Below are positions 16,909-25,584 of a stretch of DNA of 64,000 nucleotides, one piece after another. Origin of the DNA: a virus. Its lineage: Duplodnaviria; Caudoviricetes. How positions within the stretch are numbered: position 1 is the first letter of the stretch; each line of letters begins with the position of its first letter. The stretch is from IMG/VR virus record IMGVR_UViG_3300008110_007313; one strand, 5' to 3'. The notes under the pieces were generated by a model that saw only the letters and a program-made list of their open reading frames with translations, had not been told where the DNA came from and did not search any database. The translations under genes and the position numbers were made by a program.

Positions 16909-17145
16909 TCAGACAAGCCATTCCTTTCGAATGATACAGTCGCAACTTTCTGGACGACTGTCAAAATATATGCGGTAATCTTGAATTTCAAAGTGTTTGC
17001 AAAAACTAGCCCCGTATCGGGCACCTTTTAGTGCTTCAAATGTGTATTGTTTTTGCCAGGCGGTGTATTGTTCTTGGGTAACCGAACGCGGCGAGCCAGC
17101 GGCAGCAACACCACGGCCAGTAAGTTGTTGAAACACGGTATTCAC
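16909..17145 (-). CDS. hypothetical protein
   Basis: 78-aa ORF collinear with neighbours. Confidence 0.65.
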   Translation of the reverse strand: MNTVFQQLTGRGVAAAGSPRSVTQEQYTAWQKQYTFEALKGARYGASFCKHFEIQDYRIYFDSRPESCDCIIRKEWLV

Positions 17146-17147
17146 GA

Positions 17148-17852
17148 TTACAAAATCTCCAAGTTACCCAGCTGATAGTACACTCGATTGTGATAGTATC
17201 CTCGTGGATGCTTGGCCCAGGCCTGAGCTCGAACATTGATCTCTGGGCGTTTGAACATGTTTTCAACAATAGAAATCAACGGATTGTCTTGTTTGACTAC
17301 CATGAGATAAGGCGCGGTACTGACTGAGCTGGTCCAGTAAAAATCAACATAGTCGCCTATTCGTCTACTGCGTAGCACACGTTCCAGGGGTCGAAGAGCA
17401 CCTTGAAAATTTATGTGCCCAAATGAGATTTCACTTGGATCTTGTGTAGTTGCAAACACTCGATCCTGTGCCTGATCTTCTACATAAAAATAAGGAAGTC
17501 GGTGCAACAGTCCGAGGTCCTCGTGAGTGTATTGGTGTGTGTCATTTACAATGCCGGCTATCTTGCGTCTCAGTACCGTGGTACCTTGTCCTGTTTTCAG
17601 TGCCTGCCAGGTCAGACGTGCGCGATAATACTGTCTTAGATTCTGTGCTGTTTGTCGATCTTGTTCATTGGGTACCACAGCACCAAAATCCAACCAACGA
17701 TTAGCAAAGTTTTCCTGCCAGGCTCTGTAGCTGGCGCAGGTCAGCACTACTGGATCTTCTTTGAAGGTTACCGGAGCACTGTTGCGAGGTTTTTCAACAT
17801 CTGACAGCCACTGGTCAATGACACCTCGGGAAATAACAGAAAGATTGGGCAT
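17148..17852 (-). CDS. hypothetical protein
   Basis: ORF 17148..17906; start MPNLSV assumed. Confidence 0.65.
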   Translation of the reverse strand: MPNLSVISRGVIDQWLSDVEKPRNSAPVTFKEDPVVLTCASYRAWQENFANRWLDFGAVVPNEQDRQTAQNLRQYYRARLTWQALKTGQGTTVLRRKIAGIVNDTHQYTHEDLGLLHRLPYFYVEDQAQDRVFATTQDPSEISFGHINFQGALRPLERVLRSRRIGDYVDFYWTSSVSTAPYLMVVKQDNPLISIVENMFKRPEINVRAQAWAKHPRGYYHNRVYYQLGNLEIL

Positions 17853-17859
17853 AGGTATT

Positions 17860-18345
17860 TTACACAGGGTTGGAATTTTCGTCGACTTCTTGCCAGGTAT
17901 AATCACCTAACCAGCGGACTCGGCAGATGTACTCATATTCTTTGGGTGCGGCAGTGGCCCATTCTGTGGGACCGTGCATGACCAGCCGGGTACAATTTTT
18001 TCTATGATCATGACACAACCAATAGATTTGACCATGGGAAATTTGAAACTCATATCGAGCGGCATGAACCAGGTCTGTGATGTCAAGTCTACGCTTGATT
18101 TGATCGGCCTGCTGACTCAGCACTGAGACCAACTGCATGATACGATCGTATTCTTGTTGAGCATGCAGCCTGGCCACATTGATCATGATGTCTTTTTGTT
18201 TTTCAACAGGAACAAGATCAAATTTAAATCCGCCGGCTTCGGTGGCGTAGGGTGTTACGTTGCGATTGAAAAAGTGAACCAGAGTATTACCAGTGGTAAC
18301 ATCAAAGCTGTCACGCCCTTTGGCTGAGTTGGAGTCTTCGCTCAT
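17860..18345 (-). CDS. DUF2452-like protein
   Basis: PYATEAGGFKFDLVPV-QQEYDRIM-GQIYWL pattern. Confidence 0.6.
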   Translation of the reverse strand: MSEDSNSAKGRDSFDVTTGNTLVHFFNRNVTPYATEAGGFKFDLVPVEKQKDIMINVARLHAQQEYDRIMQLVSVLSQQADQIKRRLDITDLVHAARYEFQISHGQIYWLCHDHRKNCTRLVMHGPTEWATAAPKEYEYICRVRWLGDYTWQEVDENSNPV

Positions 18346-19085
18346 CAGTCCCACAAGGCCTGGTAGTACTTGCCAAACAGTCGGAATCCGTTTTGAATGC
18401 GAGCTTCAACCACTTTCATGGCATCATAATCGCACTTGTAGGTGTCTTTGGGACCTTTGCCCATTTGGTAGTACCGGTGCTCGCCTTTGGGCACTTCGTT
18501 GCCGTCGGCATCAACAGGCACCCACAAGATGTCATGTTCGCCTGAGCGGAACTGGTCCTCCCAAGAGTCATCCACTTTGCACTCGAATGCAAAGATCATT
18601 TCGTCCATGGCCCAGTCCCAACGTTTGAAATGATTCTCGTCAGTGTCCCATTCGTTTTCCTTGGCAGGAGCCGCTGTGCTACGCAGGTGTTCGGGCACAT
18701 CTTCGTCATCCACAAAAGGAGCACCATGCTTGGCTTCTTTGAGCTGTTTCAGCATGGGCAGGATAATAGGACTCAAGGTATGGTCCATGCTCCAGGTGTC
18801 CCAGCGATCAATCTTGATGATCTTGATTTCAGGATGCACACGATCCAGAACCCACTGAATTGCCTTGCTGATGGGTTCAAGACGATCACTCCAATGATCG
18901 CACCATTCGGGACGTTCCACATAGGAACTCTTACCACCAGCCTTGACCGTCTCAAGGTCGTCTATAGTGCGTTGCAGGCTCTTGTTGCGACTGCACTTTG
19001 ACCAGTCAGTCCAAAAGAACATGTAGTCCAACATGGTATACGGTGAGATCCAGTGATAACGGGGTTTGCTCAAATATATTTTCAT
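18345..19085 (-). CDS. phage hypothetical protein
   Basis: IDRWDTWSMDHTL-RWDWAMDEMIFAF-NGFRLFGKYY. Confidence 0.75.
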   Translation of the reverse strand: MKIYLSKPRYHWISPYTMLDYMFFWTDWSKCSRNKSLQRTIDDLETVKAGGKSSYVERPEWCDHWSDRLEPISKAIQWVLDRVHPEIKIIKIDRWDTWSMDHTLSPIILPMLKQLKEAKHGAPFVDDEDVPEHLRSTAAPAKENEWDTDENHFKRWDWAMDEMIFAFECKVDDSWEDQFRSGEHDILWVPVDADGNEVPKGEHRYYQMGKGPKDTYKCDYDAMKVVEARIQNGFRLFGKYYQALWD

Positions 19086-19276
19086 TACCAATTTCCTACG
19101 TCTGTTATGTCTTCTTGCAGATCATCATGCCCATGATAAATTGCAGAGTGGCTTGCGCCAATGCCTGATTCTGATGTTTCTTCTATTGTAACACTTTCAA
19201 TGTTTTTGGTCAAGGCCAAAAACACTGCAAGGCGTTCAATCTGATGTCGGCTCAGGGTCACTTTTCGATACGACAT
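19085..19276 (-). CDS. hypothetical protein
   Basis: 63 aa; SGIG motif. Confidence 0.6.
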   Translation of the reverse strand: MSYRKVTLSRHQIERLAVFLALTKNIESVTIEETSESGIGASHSAIYHGHDDLQEDITDVGNW

Positions 19277-19505
19277 TCATGCTCTCCGCTGTATAGTCTA
19301 AAAAATCGCCATGTTTGTTGCGTATCAAGGCAGCATGTGGATCCAGAATTTCAATCTCCACATCATAGTTAGTGACTTCATAGTCCACAAAAGAATGGTC
19401 CTCAGCATACTGCCTAAAGTACACTCCACCCTCAAATCCTGATATCAGGATACCACGCTGTCCTTTTGCTGGAACTTCTAGATTTCCACTGTTTTTAGTG
19501 TCCAA
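19236..19505 (-). CDS. hypothetical protein
   Basis: 89-aa ORF. Confidence 0.55.
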   Translation of the reverse strand: MDTKNSGNLEVPAKGQRGILISGFEGGVYFRQYAEDHSFVDYEVTNYDVEIEILDPHAALIRNKHGDFLDYTAESMNVVSKSDPEPTSD

Positions 19506-20344
19506 TTTGCGGCCTCCGGTTCGTGTCCAATATATCCACGTGGGTTACATACCACACGGGTTTCACCAATCATGTAGTCAAACGGATGGTGAGTGTGTCC
19601 ATGTGTCCACAGTCGGATATGTGGACGTTGCTCAATAAACTCATCTAGGTCTGAACTGTAGCCACCATTCATCACAGTGTCATGTGCATACATTTCGTGT
19701 GTGCTACGACGACTGGGTGCGTGATGCCCAACCACAACATACTTGTTGGGATTTTTGCCCAGCATAGCAGTTACCACTTGAATGTATTCTTTCATCTTCA
19801 CATGTTCAGACGCAGCATCATCTGGGCTAAACTTGCTCACACGAGTTTTAAACTCGCCTTCCTGTGTTCTAAAGTGAACTGGGATAGAGCTGTTGGAGAT
19901 CACACGGAAGTCATTCATCATGGTTCGCATGTGATACAAGGTCAGCGGATCATGATTGTTCATGTCAGTCCACAATGTGCCACCAATAAAGGTAACATTA
20001 TCAATGACTTTGATTTCACGTTCAAGGATATACAAGTTACTTAGATGTGCCAACTTTCTACGCATATCAGTTAATGCAGTTGCAAAATCACTATGGTAGT
20101 ACTCATGGTTGCCCATGACATAGATCACGTGGGCAAAGTTCGAGGCACAGCGTTCAAAGAAATCATGAAAACGTTCAGAGCGATGTCGAGCAAAGCCCAT
20201 TTCTGTTTGGCGACGGTCACGCATGTCCAGGTCAGCGGCTACACAGATATCGCCGCTGAGAATTAGTACTTCAGCACCATCGATGTTGGAAATGTTGATA
20301 TCACCAAATTCAAGGTGTAGATCGGACGCTATTGCTATTTTCAT
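19478..20344 (-). CDS. calcineurin-like metallophosphoesterase
   Basis: SDLHLEF, SGDI, GNHEYY, GHHAP, HGHTH. Confidence 0.92.
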   Translation of the reverse strand: MKIAIASDLHLEFGDINISNIDGAEVLILSGDICVAADLDMRDRRQTEMGFARHRSERFHDFFERCASNFAHVIYVMGNHEYYHSDFATALTDMRRKLAHLSNLYILEREIKVIDNVTFIGGTLWTDMNNHDPLTLYHMRTMMNDFRVISNSSIPVHFRTQEGEFKTRVSKFSPDDAASEHVKMKEYIQVVTAMLGKNPNKYVVVGHHAPSRRSTHEMYAHDTVMNGGYSSDLDEFIEQRPHIRLWTHGHTHHPFDYMIGETRVVCNPRGYIGHEPEAANWTLKTVEI

Positions 20345-20690
20345 CTGGGTTCAATTCAATTTCTTTACGTAGTTTAGCTAAGACGTCAGGATCGCCATCG
20401 ACCACTGTGGCATTGCAATCAGGAAATCTCTTGTTCAAGCGCTCACGTAGTTGAACAATGGATTCACCTTGCGCTACAAAGCTACCGTCAACTACATTAT
20501 ACATGAAATAGTTATTTTGGTCAAACTCTAATTTGAGCTTGATTTCGTTGGCCGTTTCTTCAGGTTGATCTGGACCAGATACTATGTCAGCAAGACGTTG
20601 TATCAATCGTTGAGCCATCCACCTGATGGCCAGGATCGTGATCAAGACTCCAAAAATTGCACCAACAAAAGATCCCAATAACAGTTCCAT
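20310..20690 (-). CDS. membrane-anchored hypothetical protein
   Basis: N-terminal TM helix. Confidence 0.65.
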   Translation of the reverse strand: MELLLGSFVGAIFGVLITILAIRWMAQRLIQRLADIVSGPDQPEETANEIKLKLEFDQNNYFMYNVVDGSFVAQGESIVQLRERLNKRFPDCNATVVDGDPDVLAKLRKEIELNPDENSNSVRSTP

Positions 20691-20691
20691 A

Positions 20692-20991
20692 TCACCCTCT
20701 CATGCTTTCCATAGTAATAATTTTACCCAATTCACGTTCAAAATCCAGTTCGTCTTGAATCACATAGACTTTGCGATAACTGCGATCTGTTTTGCGATCG
20801 TAGTGATTGAAACTCACAATGCGTCCGCCAATGGCTTTGTGTACTTGCATATTTAAGCCTTCTTCTGACTCAAAGTCATCTCGTACTCGAACTGTACCAT
20901 GTTTGCCAGAGTTGAGTCTCAACTCTGGTGGCTCAGGACAATCTTCAACATCGCGCAGTTTGCGTCGAATATAGTGCCATACAAATTTCAT
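20692..20991 (-). CDS. hypothetical protein
   Basis: Start MKFVWH, ATGA-coupled. Confidence 0.65.
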   Translation of the reverse strand: MKFVWHYIRRKLRDVEDCPEPPELRLNSGKHGTVRVRDDFESEEGLNMQVHKAIGGRIVSFNHYDRKTDRSYRKVYVIQDELDFERELGKIITMESMRG

Positions 20992-21440
20992 GCTGTTTTC
21001 CTTTGTTGCAAATATTGTTCCCACTGTACCCATTTGTTCCGGACCAAGAATCCCCAATCACGCTGTTTTGGTCCGGGCATGAACAAGGTCCAACAAGTTA
21101 TCGTAGGATCCAGTTCGATACGGTGGTATGTTTCAGCGCTGGCAGTTCTAAAGCTACCAGGCCCACACCACTTGGCAACTTCGCCAATTTTTTGACCTTG
21201 CTCGTTGAACTGCGGACGCCATTCCCAGTAGCCACCTTTTAAAATCAAAGTAGCAAAAGGCCAGGGATGATCATGTACATCATCAGGATCCGATTTCAAA
21301 AACTTGTGAAGAAACACATTGAAGGGGAAACGCTCTCGTTCTTTGAGAAACAGATAATAGCGTTCCAGGTAAGGTTCATTGTCCACACGATCATAAACAA
21401 TACGCTTGCGACCCAGACGTTCTAGCAATTTGAGAAACAT
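20988..21440 (-). CDS. cupin-fold hypothetical protein
   Basis: LHKF-DVHDHPW-LILKGGYWE-YHRIEL metal-binding cupin pattern. Confidence 0.7.
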   Translation of the reverse strand: MFLKLLERLGRKRIVYDRVDNEPYLERYYLFLKERERFPFNVFLHKFLKSDPDDVHDHPWPFATLILKGGYWEWRPQFNEQGQKIGEVAKWCGPGSFRTASAETYHRIELDPTITCWTLFMPGPKQRDWGFLVRNKWVQWEQYLQQRKTA

Positions 21441-21460
21441 AAAAACTCCTTTGCCCAGCA

Positions 21461-21489
21461 ATTATAGCAAAGATCAATTTAACAGTCAA
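21461..21489 (-). promoter_or_regulatory. sigma70 promoter
   Basis: TTGACT-N17-TATAAT. Confidence 0.8.
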
Positions 21490-21490
21490 T

Positions 21491-21518
21491 AAAAAACCCG
21501 CCATATTAGCGGGTTTTT
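21491..21518. terminator. intrinsic terminator (possibly bidirectional)
   Basis: AAAAACCCGC-catatta-GCGGGTTTTT. Confidence 0.85.
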
Positions 21519-21538
21519 GGTACTGCTAGATCTAACGA

Positions 21539-21805
21539 TTAGACCAGGCCCATGGCCATGGCCTTGTAGCCAGCGGCAATCAGTTTGCGACTTGGAGTGC
21601 CCAAACGATACTCAGTAACTTGAACATGGTTGCCGGCCACACGCTTGTTGGCGTACACAGCATAACCCGCTTGACGGATACGGCTAACTTCGGCACTAAT
21701 GTTCTTGATACCAAAACGCTTGCCGGCTTGGCTAGCGCTCACACGCTCACCAGCTTGAAGAGCGTTCAACAGTTTAAAGGTTTTAGTTTCTTGATTGATT
21801 TGCAT
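21539..21805 (-). CDS. winged-HTH DNA-binding protein
   Basis: LLNALQAGERVSASQ-FGIKNISAEVSRIRQAGY HTH pattern. Confidence 0.7.
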   Translation of the reverse strand: MQINQETKTFKLLNALQAGERVSASQAGKRFGIKNISAEVSRIRQAGYAVYANKRVAGNHVQVTEYRLGTPSRKLIAAGYKAMAMGLV

Positions 21806-21893
21806 TTGATAATCTCCTATATAGATGCTGTTGCGTCAGCATGATGCTATTGTAGCAAACAACACTGGAGTAAATCAAGAAGTTTTGGCACTA

Positions 21894-22547
21894 TTACTTT
21901 GGTACAGTTGACCAAATAACAATAGCTCGTTTGCATTCAACCCCGTGACTGGGGAAATCGTCGCTGGTATGAAACTTGCGTCGATTGGTTGCAAACAGGT
22001 CTCCCCGGCGCCAAGGAAAAACAGCTTCAGGAGTGAGCCATTGTAGGTCTAAGCGATCCACATGTGTAAGGTATCGCTGATGAAATTCGTCGTCTATGGC
22101 ATGCGGCTGTGGTTGAATTTCGTTTACCCAAACATCCAAAGTCTTGATGGTTTCGTGTTGTTGTTCAAACACAATGGTGTTGCTTTCGTAATTGTCCAAG
22201 GGTATAATAAACGTCCAAGCAGCCAGATCAGAACCCGCGGGATCAAAACTCGCACTCATCACGTCTGAATGTATGCCGTAGGGAACATAGGCATTGAGAA
22301 TGTGTGTGGTTGCTAACTGTACATTTTGTCCAAAATGTTGATGAATTCTGGGAACAAGAATGTCTGCTACTGCCTGATACTTTTCCATCCATAAAAAGAA
22401 ACTGTGAGTGACTGCATTATGACCAGCGTTGGTGCCAACATCAATGAACGTTGTTTCAGTTGTTCGATGTTTTTCCACAGTGGATTCAATAATGGAAATC
22501 TCAGCGTCGCTGAGAAAATTTGGGATAGTACGTGATTCAAAGTCCAT
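21894..22547 (-). CDS. 2OG-Fe(II) oxygenase-like protein
   Basis: GIHSD (HxD), WTFIIPL strand, distal FHTS and KRAIV; start MDFESR after TAAATA. Confidence 0.65.
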   Translation of the reverse strand: MDFESRTIPNFLSDAEISIIESTVEKHRTTETTFIDVGTNAGHNAVTHSFFLWMEKYQAVADILVPRIHQHFGQNVQLATTHILNAYVPYGIHSDVMSASFDPAGSDLAAWTFIIPLDNYESNTIVFEQQHETIKTLDVWVNEIQPQPHAIDDEFHQRYLTHVDRLDLQWLTPEAVFPWRRGDLFATNRRKFHTSDDFPSHGVECKRAIVIWSTVPK

Positions 22548-22622
22548 AGTACCATATTTAATTGTAATTTTTAAACGGCGCAGATAAATAACCGTGTACA
22601 AACACATAGAACGGCGTGAAAT

Positions 22623-23054
22623 ATGTTACAAATAATAACATCTCTTAGTGATGACCTTGAGGCATTGATCCGGGACGATCCTGTTCGACCTGAGATTCCT
22701 GTCAGCGACCGAGTTAATCAGAACTCAAGAATCTACATGCTCAAAGAAGGGGACAAGACGCAGGCCGTGACCTGTGTGAAGTTCTTGAACACAATTCCCG
22801 AGGCAGTGGATGACTTGGTTGGTTTGGTTGGGAGTGCCACAACTGCGGTATTTTACACTATTTGGTCGTATTCGGCAGGTGCTGGACGCTCGCTGATTCA
22901 AGAGGCCCAGAAGTCGATTGAAGCTGAGTTTCCCGGAATCGATACCTACGTTACCTTGAGTCCAAAGACCGAGATGGCTCGTCGCTTCCATCTAAAGAAT
23001 GGTGCTGGTGTGTACCGCGAAAATTCTACCACTGTGAATTACATCTATAAGTAA
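22623..23054 (+). CDS. minimal malonyl-CoA decarboxylase-like GNAT-fold protein
   Basis: TAVFYTIWS-GRSLI-EFPGIDTYVTLSP and RFHLKNGA resemble MCD motifs. Confidence 0.65.
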   Translation: MLQIITSLSDDLEALIRDDPVRPEIPVSDRVNQNSRIYMLKEGDKTQAVTCVKFLNTIPEAVDDLVGLVGSATTAVFYTIWSYSAGAGRSLIQEAQKSIEAEFPGIDTYVTLSPKTEMARRFHLKNGAGVYRENSTTVNYIYK

Positions 23055-23124
23055 TTGTGCTCGTGTAGCAATCTTGTCCTGCAAGGGGCGGGACTTGAAC
23101 GACACACATACACAGGAGAAAAAC

Positions 23125-23352
23125 ATGAGCAAAACACCTTACGAGATCCGTCTCGAACTTCTCAAAATGGCCAACGAAATCCTCGTAACGCCAGTCTTCC
23201 AAACTCGTGACGCTATGTTACAGGAATATCATTCCAAGTTAACTGAAGCTAATCGCGAAACTCACCCGTTTCCTACTTTACCAGATTTTCCGTCTAGCAC
23301 AAGTATTGTGAGCAAGGCCGAAGAACTCAAGAAGTTTGTAGACCAGGCGTAA
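23125..23352 (+). CDS. hypothetical protein
   Basis: MSKTPYEIRLELLKMA after AGGAG RBS; followed by a terminator. Confidence 0.75.
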   Translation: MSKTPYEIRLELLKMANEILVTPVFQTRDAMLQEYHSKLTEANRETHPFPTLPDFPSSTSIVSKAEELKKFVDQA

Positions 23353-23356
23353 AAAT

Positions 23357-23380
23357 GAAAGCCCCTTGCGGGGCTTTCTT
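23357..23380. terminator. intrinsic terminator between convergent genes
   Basis: GAAAGCCCC-ttgc-GGGGCTTTC. Confidence 0.85.
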
Positions 23381-23735
23381 ATGGCTGTATGCTTTTAACG
23401 TGCTTACAGTCGCCTCGGAATCGGAAACCGGAACATGTGCATGATAGATTTCCACCATCGTCTGTGACGGTATATTCATCGCCTTTTGATCCTTTTATAG
23501 TCCATGTCTTGGCAACAGGGCGATCATTGTGATCAACAAACCCAAAAATGTTACGCACGACCTCAAACTTGCGTCCACGCACATCAATCTGAATGGGCTT
23601 TTTGAACACTTGCACATCTGCAGGATTACCCCAACGTGCATAAGCATAGGCACGATTCTTAGCATCGTCCATCCAATATACATGTGGAGTTTCTCGACCA
23701 TCGTCCCAGCGAGTCATTTCAATGAACGCTTTCAT
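23379..23735 (-). CDS. SWIM zinc-finger protein
   Basis: YTV-SCTCSGFRFRGDCKHV. Confidence 0.8.
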   Translation of the reverse strand: MKAFIEMTRWDDGRETPHVYWMDDAKNRAYAYARWGNPADVQVFKKPIQIDVRGRKFEVVRNIFGFVDHNDRPVAKTWTIKGSKGDEYTVTDDGGNLSCTCSGFRFRGDCKHVKSIQP

Positions 23736-23833
23736 TTTGCCATGATCCTTGCCAGCACTTCACGAGCAGCCGCCAAGTCCTCCACGGGCCAAGTTGAATA
23801 TTTTTGAGTCCAAGCAATAGAGTACAGTTTCAT
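23732..23833 (-). CDS. 33-aa ORF (not in track)
   Basis: MKLYSIAWTQKYSTWPVEDLAAAREVLARIMAK; GGAG RBS; ATGA-coupled. Confidence 0.45.
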   Translation of the reverse strand: MKLYSIAWTQKYSTWPVEDLAAAREVLARIMAK

Positions 23834-23834
23834 T

Positions 23835-24185
23835 TTATTTCTCCAAGGCGTAGGGAGCATTCCAACGACCAATGTTGACATCGATGTAATGCGAGCAGTG
23901 GAAGTAATCAGTCATTGCATCTGATTCGTCAAAGTATTCAGGACCACGCATGGCCGGAATCACTTCGCTCAAGAAGTCCCGAGCGCGACCAGTATAGTGT
24001 TCTTGATACCAGTAGGGATTGACCTGGATATAGTCGCCGCCAAAGTCAATGTTGCCTTGTTTGACTGTGAGCACCAGACTAGAATGATTGCGAACGCTGA
24101 GTGTGGCTTTGACACCATACCGTTTGCAAATGGCCCGGATAGTGGGTGCCAGACGTGCCTTGTGCTCTTGACTCATGAATGCCAT
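23835..24185 (-). CDS. phage hypothetical protein
   Basis: MAFMSQEHK-YGVKATLSV-SDAMTDYFH; AAGGAG RBS. Confidence 0.75.
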   Translation of the reverse strand: MAFMSQEHKARLAPTIRAICKRYGVKATLSVRNHSSLVLTVKQGNIDFGGDYIQVNPYWYQEHYTGRARDFLSEVIPAMRGPEYFDESDAMTDYFHCSHYIDVNIGRWNAPYALEK

Positions 24186-24196
24186 GTTATATCTCC

Positions 24197-24436
24197 TTAA
24201 GCGATGTTGAGTTGAACTTGCAAACCTTCCCAGGTACCAGCATGACCGGTGCAAGCGGATTCGATGCCAGGACCACTACGATAAAACTCAAGCGAGTCCA
24301 GGGCTTTCTGAACAGCGGCATTGCATTGACCAAGGTCGCCCACGCCACTACGAATCTGTCGGGCAGTGGCATAGAAGCATGCGGCACCTACAATAACACG
24401 AAAACGCTGGGCTTGTTTAAAACGCTTGACTTGCAT
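24197..24436 (-). CDS. hypothetical protein
   Basis: 79 aa after promoter and GGAG RBS. Confidence 0.65.
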   Translation of the reverse strand: MQVKRFKQAQRFRVIVGAACFYATARQIRSGVGDLGQCNAAVQKALDSLEFYRSGPGIESACTGHAGTWEGLQVQLNIA

Positions 24437-24468
24437 GTTGAGCTCCTGTTTTGTTACTCTATGTCAAT

Positions 24469-24497
24469 ATTATAGCAGTTTGGGAAATTTCAGTCAA
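24469..24497 (-). promoter_or_regulatory. early promoter repeat
   Basis: TTGACT-N17-TATAAT. Confidence 0.8.
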
Positions 24498-24584
24498 CCA
24501 TAATCCCGGGCTTAGATCTTACGCTTTGAGCTGTCCTGGTTGAGGGCCGGGGTAAGGAATATCCTTGAATGTAATACTTGAGTA

Positions 24585-24863
24585 TTACATTGACCAATAC
24601 GTTTCTGAAGCCGGGTTGCAACACCAAGGAGTGTCTGCGTCAATTTCCACAGGCTTGCCACTCATCAAATTTTTGACAGTGATTTTTGGTGCAGTGTATT
24701 TGTCACGAGCAATGATGCTGAGATCTGCAACCGACCAACCTGCTTTTCGGCAAAGACGAGTGCGAGTAGCACGGGCGGCACCAAAAGTTTTGTATGCACG
24801 AGTTTTGTTGGGACCGTCTGTAACAATAAGACCGGTACCACGAGCAACGATTACATATGACAT
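24585..24863 (-). CDS. hypothetical protein
   Basis: 92 aa; ends IDADTPWCCNPASETYWSM. Confidence 0.75.
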   Translation of the reverse strand: MSYVIVARGTGLIVTDGPNKTRAYKTFGAARATRTRLCRKAGWSVADLSIIARDKYTAPKITVKNLMSGKPVEIDADTPWCCNPASETYWSM

Positions 24864-24893
24864 CTTGAACTCCTTTTTAATTACTATACAAGT

Positions 24894-24922
24894 ATTATAG
24901 CAAATCGGGATATTTTGGTCAA
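24894..24922 (-). promoter_or_regulatory. early promoter repeat
   Basis: TTGACC-N17-TATAAT-ACTTGTATAGTAATTAAAAAGGAG. Confidence 0.9.
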
Positions 24923-24928
24923 CCGTTT

Positions 24929-24997
24929 TGTTGTAGTGAAAAAACAACACTTTTTTGCCTGTTTTTTAAGCAGATCAAGTGTTGTTTTTTTGCAACA
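24929..24997. repeat. inverted repeat upstream of the promoter
   Basis: AAAAAACAACACTT ... AAGTGTTGTTTTTT 14-bp arms, extended by TGTTG/CAACA. Confidence 0.8.
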
Positions 24998-24998
24998 A

Positions 24999-25291
24999 TC
25001 ACAGCTCAATAGCCCTGCGCGCAGGGTGCCCTTGGCAAACTGTGCTACATGAGTAAGCTCATGCGCAAGGGTAGCACCCAACACGGCTATGTCCTTGACA
25101 GGTCGGAGCACAACCAAGTAGGTGTCCATACCTTTAAGTGGCACAGTGGTGCCTAGATCTTCAAGGTCGGGATCTATTATAACATGCAGGAGCTTCTTGC
25201 TTTTGGTCAGTTTTAACTGTTCCAACATAGAAGGAAGCAGACTCTCAACAAAACGTTTGGTTTTGGTACTGCCTTCGACATGAAATTCCAT
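24999..25291 (-). pseudogene. HExxH metallopeptidase-like gene, apparently internally deleted and frameshifted
   Basis: LAHELTHVAQ; after GTLR the frame runs into promoter sequence while RRAIEL-stop lies in another frame. Confidence 0.55.
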
Positions 25292-25320
25292 GCATTACTC
25301 CTTGTTTTTAATGTATTCTA

Positions 25321-25349
25321 ATTATAGCAAAAGGCGAATTATTGGTCAA
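25321..25349 (-). promoter_or_regulatory. early promoter repeat
   Basis: TTGACC-N17-TATAAT. Confidence 0.85.
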
Positions 25350-25413
25350 CCACAGGATATAGGAATATATTAGTAGAAACCACTAGTGGTAAATACTGAG
25401 AAGGAAAACAAAC

Positions 25414-25584
25414 ATGACCGCAACCATAGCACGACTACTGGAACGCCTGGCTGAAATGTTCCCCAAGCAAGATTATCAATCACGTTTGGACCGCTACCTG
25501 AACAGCAAAAATGTTCAAAGCACGGCCGAGTTAGAGCACTGGGCACGCCAGTACGATCACAACCAACGCGGGTGGTCAATATGA
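25414..25584 (+). CDS. DUF3563-like small protein (not in track)
   Basis: LLERLAEMFPKQDYQSRLDRYLNSK-ELEHWARQY; TAAATA at 25390 and AAGGA RBS. Confidence 0.65.
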   Translation: MTATIARLLERLAEMFPKQDYQSRLDRYLNSKNVQSTAELEHWARQYDHNQRGWSI

